From Nitrospiraceae bacterium (GTDB lineage Bacteria; Nitrospirota; Nitrospiria; Nitrospirales; Nitrospiraceae): DNA of 64,000 nt. Numbering within the stretch: the stretch's first letter is position 1; each line of letters begins with the position of its first letter. The notes beneath the pieces are model-generated. The model was not told the origin of the DNA and searched no databases. It saw nothing but the letters and a program-made list of their open reading frames with translations. The position numbers and the translations under genes are program-made. The DNA lies in the NCBI GenBank assembly GCA_050246315.1, contig JBFWWG010000001.1, forward strand, positions 160,001 to 224,000, written 5' to 3'. Shown piece after piece: positions 27,638-38,497 of the stretch.

Positions 27638-28636
27638 TCACTCGCTCTCATCCGGAAGGCCGCCCGATTTCGCCACATCTTCCGTCTTGATCTTGTCCGG
27701 ATTGAATTTCTCGGCGGCCTGTCTCATCTTCTGGATGGTCTCATCAAAGGCGGGCGGCGGCGCGTCCTTCGGGCGGAAACGAATCGGGTTCACGCGGGCG
27801 ACGACGAAACTCTTGAGATACGGACTGGTGAGGCCGCGGGCCTTCAAGGCCTCGACCTGTTTGACTACCTGATCGTCCAGCTCCAGCACCGTCTTGGCCC
27901 GCTGCTGCCGGACCGTCATCGCCGCCTGCATGGGTCTGGTGAGGAACGCATCCACCCGTTTCAACACCGGATGATACGCGCCGCCGCTGAATCGAGGTCG
28001 CTCCTCATAACAGAGCCCCAACGTGATCAACGCCGGCTCCTCGAATTCCAGGGCATAGGTCTCTTCGGACGATTCATCGAGACGGGCGAGCTCCCGATAC
28101 ATCCGGATGACCTCCAGCGATTTCTCCCGCAGGTTATGCGCCTTCTCCGTATTGAGGGCCAGAATCTGATAGGCCGCGGCCGGCTCGGGAACCACGATGG
28201 CGGTGATGCTCTTCGCCCCCAGCGTTTTCATCGACGAGAGCCGGTGGTGGCCGTTGGGTGTCCAATACTTGATCCCGCCCTCCGCATGGGCTCCGGCGCG
28301 CACGGCGATGATTGGATCGAGGAACCGCCCCAGCTTGCTGATGACGGCCTCCAACTTGCGCACATGAGTATCCGACAGATTCCGCTGGTAGGGCGTCGGG
28401 GCGACCAGGTCGATCGGAAGCGCCGCCATGACCAGCCACTTGCCTCCGTACGGCTCCCGGTACGTCGCCAGCGCCTTGCCGCCGTCCTCTTCGATGGTCC
28501 GATGCAATGAGATCACGTCGCCGGGCGGAGCCGCGGCCTGCAACTCGTCCGCGGCCAGCCCAACCGATGCGCCGGCCGGCTTCCTACGCCGTCGTCCTCC
28601 GGTCGATGCAGCCTTCTTCGGTTTCTTTTCAGCCAT
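27638..28636 (-). CDS. ParB N-terminal domain-containing protein
   Basis: PTPYQRNLS, FLDPII, TPNGHHRL, LNTEKAHNL. Confidence 0.82.
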   Translation of the reverse strand: MAEKKPKKAASTGGRRRRKPAGASVGLAADELQAAAPPGDVISLHRTIEEDGGKALATYREPYGGKWLVMAALPIDLVAPTPYQRNLSDTHVRKLEAVISKLGRFLDPIIAVRAGAHAEGGIKYWTPNGHHRLSSMKTLGAKSITAIVVPEPAAAYQILALNTEKAHNLREKSLEVIRMYRELARLDESSEETYALEFEEPALITLGLCYEERPRFSGGAYHPVLKRVDAFLTRPMQAAMTVRQQRAKTVLELDDQVVKQVEALKARGLTSPYLKSFVVARVNPIRFRPKDAPPPAFDETIQKMRQAAEKFNPDKIKTEDVAKSGGLPDESE

Positions 28637-28731
28637 GGCAGTCCGCTTATGGTAGGCCATCACTCGAAGAGAAAGAAAGCCCCGGCACACTCCGGCACGG
28701 CCTTTCCTGATAGCATGAGGAGGAGAGACTC

Positions 28732-29412
28732 ATGAACCGAATCATCAAGGTCGGTCACCGCGGGGCTGCCGGCTACGCACCGGAAAATACCTTGGCCTCG
28801 CTGCAATACGCGATCAATCTGGGCCTCGACTTCGCCGAGTTCGATGTCCGCCGGTCGCAGGACGGCGTGCTGATCCTCCTGCACGACAAGACGGTGGACC
28901 GGACGACCAATGGCAAGGGCCCCGTGGACCACTTCTCCTTCCGCGATCTGAAGGCGCTGGATGCAGGCCACGGGAACTCGATTCCCTCGGTAGAAGAAGC
29001 CTTGCGCCTGGCGGATGGGAAGATCGGCCTAATCCTTGAACTGAAAGCGCCGGGCATTGCGCAGGACTGCATCGAGATCGTCCGGCATCTCCGGTTTCAC
29101 GGTCCGGTGATCTATGCATCGTTCTTGCTGGAAGAGCTGGCCAACCTCCACGATGCCGATCAGCGGGTATCGGCCATGGCGCTGTTCTCCAACCTTCCTT
29201 CGGATCCGCGCGGCATCGTCGCCAGAGTGCGTCCCACCCACGCCACCCATGTCGGCCTCCGGCATGACACCGTGACGCCGGAACTCATCCAGGATCTGCA
29301 CCAAGCCGGCCGGCTTGTCTTCGCCTATACGGCCAACGAACCGGCCGACATCGAGCGGCTCAAGACAGCCGGCATCGACGGGATTATCTCGGATTATCCC
29401 GACCGACTTTGA
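28732..29412 (+). CDS. Glycerophosphodiester phosphodiesterase
   Basis: GHRGA..APENT, EFDV, HD, ELK, YTAN, GIISDYPD. Confidence 0.93.
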   Translation: MNRIIKVGHRGAAGYAPENTLASLQYAINLGLDFAEFDVRRSQDGVLILLHDKTVDRTTNGKGPVDHFSFRDLKALDAGHGNSIPSVEEALRLADGKIGLILELKAPGIAQDCIEIVRHLRFHGPVIYASFLLEELANLHDADQRVSAMALFSNLPSDPRGIVARVRPTHATHVGLRHDTVTPELIQDLHQAGRLVFAYTANEPADIERLKTAGIDGIISDYPDRL

Positions 29413-29493
29413 CGGAATTTGGTTAAGGGTGAGGCATCGGCTTGTTTGATTGTTTGTCCGGCTCACCCGTGAGATTGGAGAGAGAGGCCCGTT

Positions 29494-30417
29494 TCAACCT
29501 GATGGCCTGAACCGCTTGAGGAGACTTCGAGGGATGTCGAATGAATATCGGATCTGCACGGCCACGTATTTCTGGATCAACCCTGGGCGATCAAGAGGCC
29601 GATCCTCTTCACGATAGACGGCGAACTCGTAGTCCCGCCAACGGACCGCGAGCCCGATGATCCAATCCAACTCGGTCGGCCTCAGGTTGTTGCTGGATTC
29701 GCGGTCGGAGAAGAGATTGGCATCGGCATAGAGCACGACCTTGTTATTGTACAGATCAAGATCCGCATGCGCGACATAGCGAAAGAGCGCCGTACCGGTG
29801 TTGTCGGGGCGGGCAAAGTAGTTATGGTTATAAAACAGCCAGCCGGCGCCCGCATAGGCGGTCAGGTTCTGGCGGGGAAAGGTCCGACGCCACCAGGCAG
29901 AGTCTTGGATCGCCACAAAGCGGCCGGTCGCTAACACATCTCCGTACTCCTGAGAGAGCGTTCGCCGATCGAGCCCCGCATCGCGCTCGTACTGAATCCG
30001 CCAACTCCAGCGATCGATGGAGCCGGTAAACGCATAGGTGCCGTCCCACTCGGATAACTCGATCCAGCCGTTCGTCCGATCCGAGAAAAAGTTCTGATCG
30101 GTATAGAACTGCAAGTACTCCTTGTACAGGTCGGTTTCCAGATGGATCATGTGCCGGAGCCCGACCAGGCCGGTGTTGTCGGGACGGGCGGCAAAGGTCG
30201 GATTGTAGGGGAACGCCGCCGTGAGCAAATAGCCGCTGAACAACGATTCTTGCTCTGGGTCGTTGGAATCCGGCCCCTCCATCGACGGCAGCGGCCTTCC
30301 GTACTTCTCCAGGGCCGCCACCGGGAGCGGTTCAAAACAAAGCCACGCGAAGACGAGACTCGCCCACCAGGCAGCCGCAATCCGGCAATGGCGTGTTTCT
30401 CGGGTACGACCGGCCAT
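29494..30417 (-). CDS. Hypothetical exported protein, probable outer-membrane beta-barrel with internal duplication
   Basis: Signal-like segment; two ARPDNTG...DLY...D.N.FSDR halves; aromatic-rich alternating strands. Confidence 0.7.
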   Translation of the reverse strand: MAGRTRETRHCRIAAAWWASLVFAWLCFEPLPVAALEKYGRPLPSMEGPDSNDPEQESLFSGYLLTAAFPYNPTFAARPDNTGLVGLRHMIHLETDLYKEYLQFYTDQNFFSDRTNGWIELSEWDGTYAFTGSIDRWSWRIQYERDAGLDRRTLSQEYGDVLATGRFVAIQDSAWWRRTFPRQNLTAYAGAGWLFYNHNYFARPDNTGTALFRYVAHADLDLYNNKVVLYADANLFSDRESSNNLRPTELDWIIGLAVRWRDYEFAVYREEDRPLDRPGLIQKYVAVQIRYSFDIPRSLLKRFRPSG

Positions 30418-30551
30418 AGGAATCCTCTGTTCGCGCCAGCGCGAGCGAGAGGATGGGTGTCGGACAGAGTGCCCAGTCCTCAAGTCACGAAGGCACGGAA
30501 TCCAGATTGTTCTTTACCAGAAATTCGCGCGAAAGATCGATGAGGAAACGG

Positions 30552-30971
30552 TTACGAGCAGGGATCGAAAATGGCTTCGCATTGGTCGGTCGCATCGGCT
30601 GAGGAAGGCACCGATTGGTACTGGGCGGCGGTCACGACATCACCTTCAAGCGAGACAGTCGCCCAACAGGCAGGGTGGATGGCCGGCACCGTGCTCTTCG
30701 ACCCCACAACCGACCGCTCAAGGATGGGCGTATGCCGGTAATAGGTCAGGAGGGCATGGTCCGCCTGGTTGGTTTCACGGAGCGGGGGGCCGGCACAGGC
30801 GAGGAGGTCTTGCCGGGACTTTCCAATAATGGCCCGCTGATTGGGAAACAGCTCGTTTTGCCCGTTCTGACTCGGAGGTGTCGCACAACCGACGAGGCAG
30901 AGAACCCCTAGGGCGACAAGTAGGAGTCGGGAGATCGCATGGCGATGAGAACGGGAGGTCATGCCGTTCAT
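30552..30971 (-). CDS. Hypothetical lipoprotein
   Basis: Lipobox LVGC after a hydrophobic stretch. Confidence 0.7.
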   Translation of the reverse strand: MNGMTSRSHRHAISRLLLVALGVLCLVGCATPPSQNGQNELFPNQRAIIGKSRQDLLACAGPPLRETNQADHALLTYYRHTPILERSVVGSKSTVPAIHPACWATVSLEGDVVTAAQYQSVPSSADATDQCEAIFDPCS

Positions 30972-31629
30972 CGGTCGTTTCCGCGGGAAACTCAACAATG
31001 AAGGGGGCAATGCATCGCCACAAACGCCACGGGCCACCGATGCTGACGAGGCGGGAGGTGGCCCGTGGTTGGCGCTTGTGACGCCAAAGGTAGCTGTTCA
31101 GTTGTCATTGAGACTCGCGCAAGGAGGAACCGTGTCGCTTCTGGCCTCGGGGGAGACGGTCGTCAATCCCAGGCGCTTGCGTTCCTCATGCACAGGACCG
31201 CTTCTCCGCTCATCACTTGCGTGTGGCTGTTCTTGCTGTCTCGTGCCGAGAGGCACAGCCGCTGGAGAATCGGCCTGCATGACCGAGCAGAAGTCTAGTC
31301 CTGCCTCGGCGAGCCAACCTGACCCGGTGGCGTCAGATCGCTCATGGCGCACCCCCTTTCATCGTGGAATGATCCGGGGCTCTATCAACAGGCGCGCACT
31401 GTTTCGTCCCCGGTACCCTTCCGATCGTATTCACCCACGGCCATCGACTTGGATGGCCCGAACTGAATCGTACCGACCCTCAGGACGCAGCCCCTATCTA
31501 CTCCTGTTGCATAGACCTGTCAACGTCGAAAATAGCCCGATCGGATGGCTGAATTTCGCAGCATGCTTCTTGGCCGCCCTCACGACGGGTCCCTAACCAT
31601 AGCGCCCGCTTCAGCGGGCAGCGTCGAGG

Positions 31630-32454
31630 CTAGTCAATCACGAGCCGCTCCCAATCGATGTCCGCTGATGGCTTGGGGCGGCCCAGTCTCATCGCTTCCA
31701 GCGCTTCCACCACCACATGCGCGACAAGCAGATTGCGAAACCACTTTCTGTTCGCCGGTACGATGTACCAGGGTGCCGCGTCGGTGCTGGTCTTCGAGAT
31801 CACATCCTCGAAGCCCCGGAGATAATCGTCCCACAGTTTCCGTTCCTCCAGATCGCCTTCGTTGAACTTCCATCGTTTCTCCGGGTTCTGAACGCGCTCC
31901 AGCAGCCGCCGTTTTTGCTCGTCTTTGGAAATGTACAGGAAGAACTTCAGAATCGCGGTTCCGCTTTCGGTCAACAACTCCTCGAATTCTCTGATCTGGT
32001 CGAACCGGCGCTTGGCTACCCGGTCGGAAATCATGCCGTGGACGCGCGTGATGAGCACATCTTCATAGTGGGAGCGGTTGAAGATGCCGATCTGCCCCTT
32101 TGCCGGCACCTCTTGATGGATGCGCCACAGAAAGTCATGGCTCAACTCTTTCTCGGACGGGGCCTTGAACGAGACGACCTTGCAGCCTTGCGGGTTGATG
32201 CCCGAGAGGACGTGCTTGATCGTGCCGTCCTTGCCGCTGGTGTCCATGCCTTGCAGGACAATCAACAGGGCGCGATCTCCGTTCGCATAGAGCCGTTCCT
32301 GTAGCGCGCTGATGCGTTCGATGAGCCGCGCCGTCTGCGCCTTGGCCTTCTCCTTGCTCCGCTCGTGCTTCTTGTAGTCGCCGGTCTCGTCGGGGTCCCA
32401 GCGATCGATATGCAACCGCGTTCCGGGTGTGATGCGATAGGCGTTGCTGGTCAC
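31630..32454 (-). CDS. ppk2: Polyphosphate kinase 2 family protein
   Basis: QGMDTSGKDG, FKAPS, HDFLWR, FNRSHYEDVL, PWYIVPANRKW. Confidence 0.93.
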   Translation of the reverse strand: MTSNAYRITPGTRLHIDRWDPDETGDYKKHERSKEKAKAQTARLIERISALQERLYANGDRALLIVLQGMDTSGKDGTIKHVLSGINPQGCKVVSFKAPSEKELSHDFLWRIHQEVPAKGQIGIFNRSHYEDVLITRVHGMISDRVAKRRFDQIREFEELLTESGTAILKFFLYISKDEQKRRLLERVQNPEKRWKFNEGDLEERKLWDDYLRGFEDVISKTSTDAAPWYIVPANRKWFRNLLVAHVVVEALEAMRLGRPKPSADIDWERLVID

Positions 32455-32473
32455 GGGTCGGGAGTCTTGGCCA

Positions 32474-33265
32474 TTACGGTGTGGTTCGCGGAGCGGGGGC
32501 CGATTTGGGGGCCGCTCCTGGGGTCGCCGGCGCAGTCTTCCGAGTGTCGATCCCGCCCATGAGCGTGTCGTTGTCCATCCTCTTGTATCCAGGAGGCGGA
32601 GCGAAGAGACTCTCTTCCAATCCCCGCGGCTCGATCTTCGTCGCCTCCAGTCGGGATTCCTCCTGGCCGTCTTTGCCTCGGACGATCACGCGCAAGGGAA
32701 AGTCGCCGCTCTTGGCTTGATCCAGCAGCCAAGCCGGCAGCTCCAACGGACTCCTGGCATCGCCCGTCATCAACCCAGCCAGCGCCGGGTTACCGAGCCC
32801 CTTGGCGAGACAGACTTCCTCGGACACCCCGTCGGTCTTGTCCTTCGAGACATACAGCTCGCAGATATGGCCGGCCACCTTTCCGGTTTTCCCGGTGCGG
32901 GTGATGAGGAGATCGTCGAGCAGTTTCTTGGTCATCTCGGGGGGTAGGTCTTCCATGGGAAAGATATAGTACATCTGGTCATCGGGCTCGACGCCGAAGC
33001 CCTGTTGGGTCTTGGCGTCGAACACCAGCACGCCCTTATCGTCTGCGTCCGTGTCGTTCTCAAGCCGGAGCCGGTCGCCCTTGATCGCCAATACGTACTT
33101 CTCGGGCGTCCCCATGGCCGTGCTGCGCATCTTGATCAGTCCTTCGAAATCACCGGCGTGACCGGGCCCAGGCAGACCGGTGGTCGCGAGGCACGCAGCA
33201 AGCATCCACCGAATGCACACCAGAAGCTCCCTTCGACAGAATTCTCGAAGCACGAGAGGATTCAT
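32474..33265 (-). CDS. Exported DUF4412-like protein
   Basis: Signal peptide then DFEG; TGKTGKVAGHIC; LFAPPPGYK; ATGA overlap with otsB. Confidence 0.72.
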   Translation of the reverse strand: MNPLVLREFCRRELLVCIRWMLAACLATTGLPGPGHAGDFEGLIKMRSTAMGTPEKYVLAIKGDRLRLENDTDADDKGVLVFDAKTQQGFGVEPDDQMYYIFPMEDLPPEMTKKLLDDLLITRTGKTGKVAGHICELYVSKDKTDGVSEEVCLAKGLGNPALAGLMTGDARSPLELPAWLLDQAKSGDFPLRVIVRGKDGQEESRLEATKIEPRGLEESLFAPPPGYKRMDNDTLMGGIDTRKTAPATPGAAPKSAPAPRTTP

Positions 33266-34086
33266 CGCGCGACCGGCCGTCCGACCGTCATGATTCCCGG
33301 AGACTCGCCGATCGTGTGCGGAGACGACCGCGTTGACAGACGTTCCACCAGATCGGCCAGCAGACGCGCCACCTGCTCTTGATCGGCCAGGTAGAACTGG
33401 GCGCACGAGTCCCGCTTCTTTCCGATACGCACGGTCACCATGGGGGCATCGGAGAGCGCGAATACGTCTTCATCGGTCTCATCATCCCCCACATAGAGCG
33501 CCGTCGTCGTGTTGAGGTGGTGCATGAGCGAGCGAATCGCCGCTCCCTTATCGGGAGACCCGGCCGGGACGGCATTGACCACGCCTTTCCCCTGGATGAT
33601 CCGGGGCGCCGGGGTCAGGCGGGAGAGCGCCTCCTTCGCCTTCCGCCTCGCGCGCGCGCTGTTCCGCGTCCCCCGAAAATGAAGGGTGAGCGAATAGGTC
33701 TTGTCCTCAAGCGTGATGCCCTCGTCGTGAAGCTGGGCGACTGACCCTCCAAGCTGTTCTCGCCAGGATCGCGACACAACCTGGGCTTGGTCTCGGGCCG
33801 TTGTCTCATCCGGCGTTCCTTCCAGTCCGTGATTTCCAATGAGATAGGGCACGGTTCCGTCGATTCTCGATCGCAAATCCTCCAGCGCCCGTCCGGAGAC
33901 CACCGCCGTCGGAGCCAGCCGCCCAAGGTTGTGGAGCGCCTGTCGTACCTCCGGCCTGAGCTTGGCGCGGTCCCGTTCGCGGACAATCTCCGCCAGGGTG
34001 CCGTCGAAATCAAACGCATAGAGAGCTCTGGTCCGGCTGAGCGCCTCCAACTGCCCCAATCCTCTCTCGGAAAATAGCTCGATCAT
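33262..34086 (-). CDS. otsB: Trehalose-6-phosphate phosphatase
   Basis: DFDGTL, VVSGR, GNHGLE, DKG, GDDETDED HAD motifs. Confidence 0.93.
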   Translation of the reverse strand: MIELFSERGLGQLEALSRTRALYAFDFDGTLAEIVRERDRAKLRPEVRQALHNLGRLAPTAVVSGRALEDLRSRIDGTVPYLIGNHGLEGTPDETTARDQAQVVSRSWREQLGGSVAQLHDEGITLEDKTYSLTLHFRGTRNSARARRKAKEALSRLTPAPRIIQGKGVVNAVPAGSPDKGAAIRSLMHHLNTTTALYVGDDETDEDVFALSDAPMVTVRIGKKRDSCAQFYLADQEQVARLLADLVERLSTRSSPHTIGESPGIMTVGRPVAR

Positions 34087-34286
34087 CGAAGGGATTCCCT
34101 CTCAGCCCGCGTTATTCATGCCGCGGGCTATTCATCGTATTATCGTGTCGTGTTATCGTAACTGCGCCGACGGAGAGACCCTCTCTCCGTATTTCTATTC
34201 CTCCGTGCCCATGGTCGCCCCCGGAGAAATCCCCTCGACTGGCCGGGCTCATCGCCACGGCGTATACACCGTGGCGGTAGGAGCCC

Positions 34287-36530
34287 TCATGAATAATGCG
34301 GGCTAATGGCTTGATCGGGCTGCGTGACCTTGCGCATCACCCGCTGGCGGTGCCGGATACGCGCCGCGTCCATCAACATGCGGCCGGCCCACCGGTAGAC
34401 GTTGAACTCCTGAATCAAACCTCTCATGCTGCGCATGCGCGTCCGTTGCTCGGCCGGCGGTATCGTTAAGGCTAAATGCAGAGCCGCCGCGCACTGGTCG
34501 ATATTGTAGGGGTTCACGACCAACGCCTCAGGCAATTCGCGAGCCGCACCGGTGAACTGGCTCAAGATCAGCACGCCCTGCTCGTCGTCCCGCGCGGCGA
34601 TGAATTCTTTCGCCACCAGATTCATGCCGTCGTGCAAGCTGCTCACCATGCAGAAGTCCGCCCCGCGATAGTATTCGAACGTTCGCGGCGGCTCGTGGTG
34701 CTCCATGTTGAGATAAATCGGCCGGTAATCCTCCCGTCCGAATCGCCGGTTGATCGTATCGGCCAAGGTTCGCACCTGGGCGGCGAATTGTTGGTACTGC
34801 TCGATGATCGAGCGGCTCGGTGCGGCCACCTGGACGAACGAGAACCGGCCGATCCATTCGGGCTGCAATTCCAGCAATCGCTCCACGGCCATAAACCGTT
34901 CGAGGATGCCTTTCGTATAGTCCAATCGGTCCAAGCCGATTCCGATCAGCCGCTCTGGCTCGATGCCGTGCCGCTCGCGGATTTGCCGACGGCATTCATC
35001 GATCGGCGGTTGACCGGCCAGCCAGCGGCTGGGCCATTCGATGGAGATGGGGTAGGGGTTCACCGCCGTGAGCTTGGTTCCGTATGAAATCTTCGAGCTG
35101 TCGCGGTCGATGCGGGCTTCCAGGTACCGATCGACACTGTCGAGAAAGTTGTTGCCGTGGACCCTGGTATGGAACCCCAGGATGCTACTGCCCAAGAGCC
35201 CGTCCAAGAGATCTTCCCGCCAGGGACAGATGCCGAACAGCTCGGCATTGGGCCAGGGAATGTGCCAGAAGGTGATGATGGTCGCATGGGGCAACCGCTC
35301 CCGGATCATCTTGGGGAGCAACGCAAAGTGATAGTCCTGGACCAGGACGACCGGATTGTCCGTCTTGGCTTCCGCCTGCACCGCCTGTGCAAAGCGTGCG
35401 TTGATCTCGACGTAGGCCTTCCAATCGGAGGAGCGGAACACCGGGCGGACATGGGCCAGGTGGCAGAGGGGCCAGATGCCTTCGTTGGCAAATCCATAGT
35501 AGTAGCCCATCTCCTCTTCCGCCGACATCCACACCCGGCGGATATCGTAGGACGGCTCGTCCGGAGGCACCCGCACATGGTCGCGGACATCGACGGCGTC
35601 GCGGTCGGCCGATCCGCTGCCGTGGGCGATCCAGGTGCCGGAACAGGCCCGCATCACCGGCTCCAGCGCCGTGACCAACCCGCTCGCCGGCACCTGGACC
35701 TCAATCTGATCTCCTCGCCAGTTATGGATATAGGGTTCGCGGTTGGACACGGTGAGCACTTCATCTCCCGCCAACTGATCATGCAGGATGCGGCGCAAGG
35801 CGATCGGCGTCCAACTGATCCGGCTCTCATCGCGCAGGCGGCGATCGGCCTCCAGGTCTTGAATTAAGGCACGCAGGTCCTTCGCCACCGGGCGCAACTC
35901 GGGGGCATGGTCTCTATCCGACGGCGCCAAGGGATTGTGCCCCTGCAGCAGATCCCGCACGCCCGCCACCCAGCCCCGCCAACTGACATGGGCCACCAAC
36001 ACGGTCACAAGCGAAATCACCGCACCCATGACGACAAACAGATAGAAGATATAGCGTTTAGTGTCGGCGCTCCGGCGTTCGACCCAGCTCATATCGTGAA
36101 CGAGAATCAGATGCCCGAGGAACCTCCCGTCTACACGAACCGTCTGCGAGGCGATGTGCACCGGCCCCGTCGTCAGCGGCAGGACGGTGGTCCGATCCGG
36201 CGCCACGCTGTTGGGACCTGTACAGGGAATGGCGTCCGGGTAGGTCTGCGTCTTGTACAGCAGGCGCTCGGCCTGATCGCAGAGGCCGATCGCGTACAGC
36301 CGCTCGTCTTGAATGACGCGATGAAAATACGCGAGCAGCTTGCCCTTCGCTTGGTTGGCCAGCATCTCGGCGACGGGTCCTTCCATGGTGCTGGCGATCA
36401 GTTTCGAGCGAATATCCAAATCGCGCACGAACCACTTGAGCGCGAAGGTATCGACCAGGGGAATCACCGCGTAGGCGAGCAAGGCGAGGACGATCGCGAG
36501 GGGGAGAAGAAACCGGAGGGACAGACGCAT
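34287..36530 (-). CDS. otsA: Trehalose-6-phosphate synthase (GT20) with N-terminal two-TM periplasmic module
   Basis: [43 protein letters not shown]; first ~250 aa contain two TM helices around a soluble domain. Confidence 0.92.
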   Translation of the reverse strand: MRLSLRFLLPLAIVLALLAYAVIPLVDTFALKWFVRDLDIRSKLIASTMEGPVAEMLANQAKGKLLAYFHRVIQDERLYAIGLCDQAERLLYKTQTYPDAIPCTGPNSVAPDRTTVLPLTTGPVHIASQTVRVDGRFLGHLILVHDMSWVERRSADTKRYIFYLFVVMGAVISLVTVLVAHVSWRGWVAGVRDLLQGHNPLAPSDRDHAPELRPVAKDLRALIQDLEADRRLRDESRISWTPIALRRILHDQLAGDEVLTVSNREPYIHNWRGDQIEVQVPASGLVTALEPVMRACSGTWIAHGSGSADRDAVDVRDHVRVPPDEPSYDIRRVWMSAEEEMGYYYGFANEGIWPLCHLAHVRPVFRSSDWKAYVEINARFAQAVQAEAKTDNPVVLVQDYHFALLPKMIRERLPHATIITFWHIPWPNAELFGICPWREDLLDGLLGSSILGFHTRVHGNNFLDSVDRYLEARIDRDSSKISYGTKLTAVNPYPISIEWPSRWLAGQPPIDECRRQIRERHGIEPERLIGIGLDRLDYTKGILERFMAVERLLELQPEWIGRFSFVQVAAPSRSIIEQYQQFAAQVRTLADTINRRFGREDYRPIYLNMEHHEPPRTFEYYRGADFCMVSSLHDGMNLVAKEFIAARDDEQGVLILSQFTGAARELPEALVVNPYNIDQCAAALHLALTIPPAEQRTRMRSMRGLIQEFNVYRWAGRMLMDAARIRHRQRVMRKVTQPDQAISPHYS

Positions 36531-36580
36531 GACAAAACCTTAGTTTACTTCAGCAGGCAAATCAAATATTGTTTCGGACT

Positions 36581-38365
36581 ATGTACCCCTACGGCCTGAT
36601 CGGCAACTGCCAGATGTCCGCGCTCGTAAGCGACCAAGGTTCGGTCGATTGGATGTGTCTGCCTCGACCCGACAGCCCGCCGGTGTTCGGGCGGCTGCTC
36701 GATCCGGAGGGCGGGCACTTTTCGATCACGAGCCCGACCCCGTCGGATCACATTCGTGCGTCGCAACTCTATCTGCCCAACACCAACATCCTGGTGACCA
36801 CCGTCACCCTCGGCAACGGCGACGCCTTCGCGATCACGGATTTCTGCCCGCGATTCGAACAATACGGGCGGATGTATCGGCCATATGCCTTGTTTCGCAT
36901 CGTGGAGGCGGTCTCCGGCACCCCGTCCGTGGTGGTCAGTTGCCGGCCGGTCAACGGCTGGGACAAGACGCCCGCGCAGCCGATTCGTGGCAGCAACCAT
37001 ATTCGGTACGACGTCCGCGGCGAGGCCCTGCGCCTGCTCACCAACATGCCCCTGACCTACCTCAGCGAGGAAACGCCGGTGGCGCTGACACGAACGCTCT
37101 ACTTCGGGCTCACCTGGGGGTTGGGAATCGAAGACGACCTGGTCAAGGTGAGCCACGAGTTTCTGGAACAAACGACACGCTACTGGCGCCTGTGGGTCAA
37201 GAACTGTTCGGTCCCGCTGCTCTTTCAGCAGGAGGTCATTCGTTCGGCGCTCGTGCTGAAGCTGCATTGCTATGAGGATACCGGCGCGATTCTTGCGGCC
37301 CTCACGACAAGCCTTCCCGAGCAGGTGGGCGGCACCCGTAACTGGGATTACCGCTTTTGCTGGCTGCGGGACGCCTATTACTCGCTCACAGCCTTCCACA
37401 ACTTGGGGCACTTTGAGGAGATGGAGGCGTTTCTGCAATTCCTCCTGAACATTGCCCACGCCCATGGAGAATCGCGCGACCGTCTGCGCCCCGTCTACAG
37501 CCTCGGCCAGAGTTTGCCGCTGCCGGAAACCGAGCATACGAACTGGAAAGGCTACCAGGGCAGCACGCCCGTGCGGAGCTGCAACCAGGCGGCCGAGCAG
37601 GTCCAGAACGATGCCTACGGCGAGATGATCCTCACGTTTGCGCCGATCTTCTTCGACGAACGGTTCATCGATCTGCGCACCAAGCATCTTGAGGGATTGC
37701 TGGCGCATCTGGCGCAACTCTGCATCCGGAGCATCGGCCAGCCGGACGCAGGGCTCTGGGAGATTCGCGGCGGCTGGCGGGAACATTCCTTCACCAACCT
37801 GATGTGTTGGGCCGGGTTGGAACGGCTGGAACGGATCAAGCGCGCGGGCTACCTAGGCTCCTTTGCGCTGGACCTGGGCGCCTCCCGCATTCGCGCGGCG
37901 GAGGCCTTGCTGCGCGCCGTGAAAGAGGGCGTGGTCCGCAACGGACCGGCGGACGACAGCTTCGACGCGGCCTTGGCCCAACTGCCGATCTTCGGGTATC
38001 CCAACGTGCCTCTCTGTGAAGCCACCACCTTGCAGATTGTTCGAGAACTGTCCCTTCGCGTGGACGACAAGGACACGGGTTTCTTCTATCGGTATGTCCA
38101 CGAGGACGATTTCGGCAAGCCCGACGGCGGCTTTGTCATCTGTTCCTTCTGGGTCGCCCAAGCCCTCGCCCGGCTCGGCCGGATCGCGCAGGCGCGCCAG
38201 GTGCTCTCCGGCGTAATGGCGGGCTCCAACGGGCTGGGGCTGTTCTCGGAACATTTCATTCCCGCCACGCAAACCCAATGCGGCAACTTTCCGCAAGCCT
38301 ACTCGCACGTCGGCCTCATCAACGGGGCCTTCGCCGCCAGCCCCCCATGGAGCGAAGTCTTGTAG
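36581..38365 (+). CDS. Glycoside hydrolase family 15 (glucoamylase/trehalase-like)
   Basis: YGLIGNC, TTSLPE..GG.RNWDYRFCWLRD, DAGLWE, FVICSFW, GNFPQAYSH. Confidence 0.92.
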   Translation: MYPYGLIGNCQMSALVSDQGSVDWMCLPRPDSPPVFGRLLDPEGGHFSITSPTPSDHIRASQLYLPNTNILVTTVTLGNGDAFAITDFCPRFEQYGRMYRPYALFRIVEAVSGTPSVVVSCRPVNGWDKTPAQPIRGSNHIRYDVRGEALRLLTNMPLTYLSEETPVALTRTLYFGLTWGLGIEDDLVKVSHEFLEQTTRYWRLWVKNCSVPLLFQQEVIRSALVLKLHCYEDTGAILAALTTSLPEQVGGTRNWDYRFCWLRDAYYSLTAFHNLGHFEEMEAFLQFLLNIAHAHGESRDRLRPVYSLGQSLPLPETEHTNWKGYQGSTPVRSCNQAAEQVQNDAYGEMILTFAPIFFDERFIDLRTKHLEGLLAHLAQLCIRSIGQPDAGLWEIRGGWREHSFTNLMCWAGLERLERIKRAGYLGSFALDLGASRIRAAEALLRAVKEGVVRNGPADDSFDAALAQLPIFGYPNVPLCEATTLQIVRELSLRVDDKDTGFFYRYVHEDDFGKPDGGFVICSFWVAQALARLGRIAQARQVLSGVMAGSNGLGLFSEHFIPATQTQCGNFPQAYSHVGLINGAFAASPPWSEVL

Positions 38366-38497
38366 CGCCGCACGACCCATCCCTGCTGCACCGGTCCATT
38401 TCCCGGCATGACCTGGACATGAATGCGACCTGACGGCAGATGGCGCCATCGCACGGTTCATAAACGGTACACCTAACATGAAGAGGAGCACTCGACG

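Noticed and set aside
31040..31620. Gene or ncRNA in the gap downstream of ppk2
   Set aside because: Only motif-less ORFs and no convincing structure; cannot support a call
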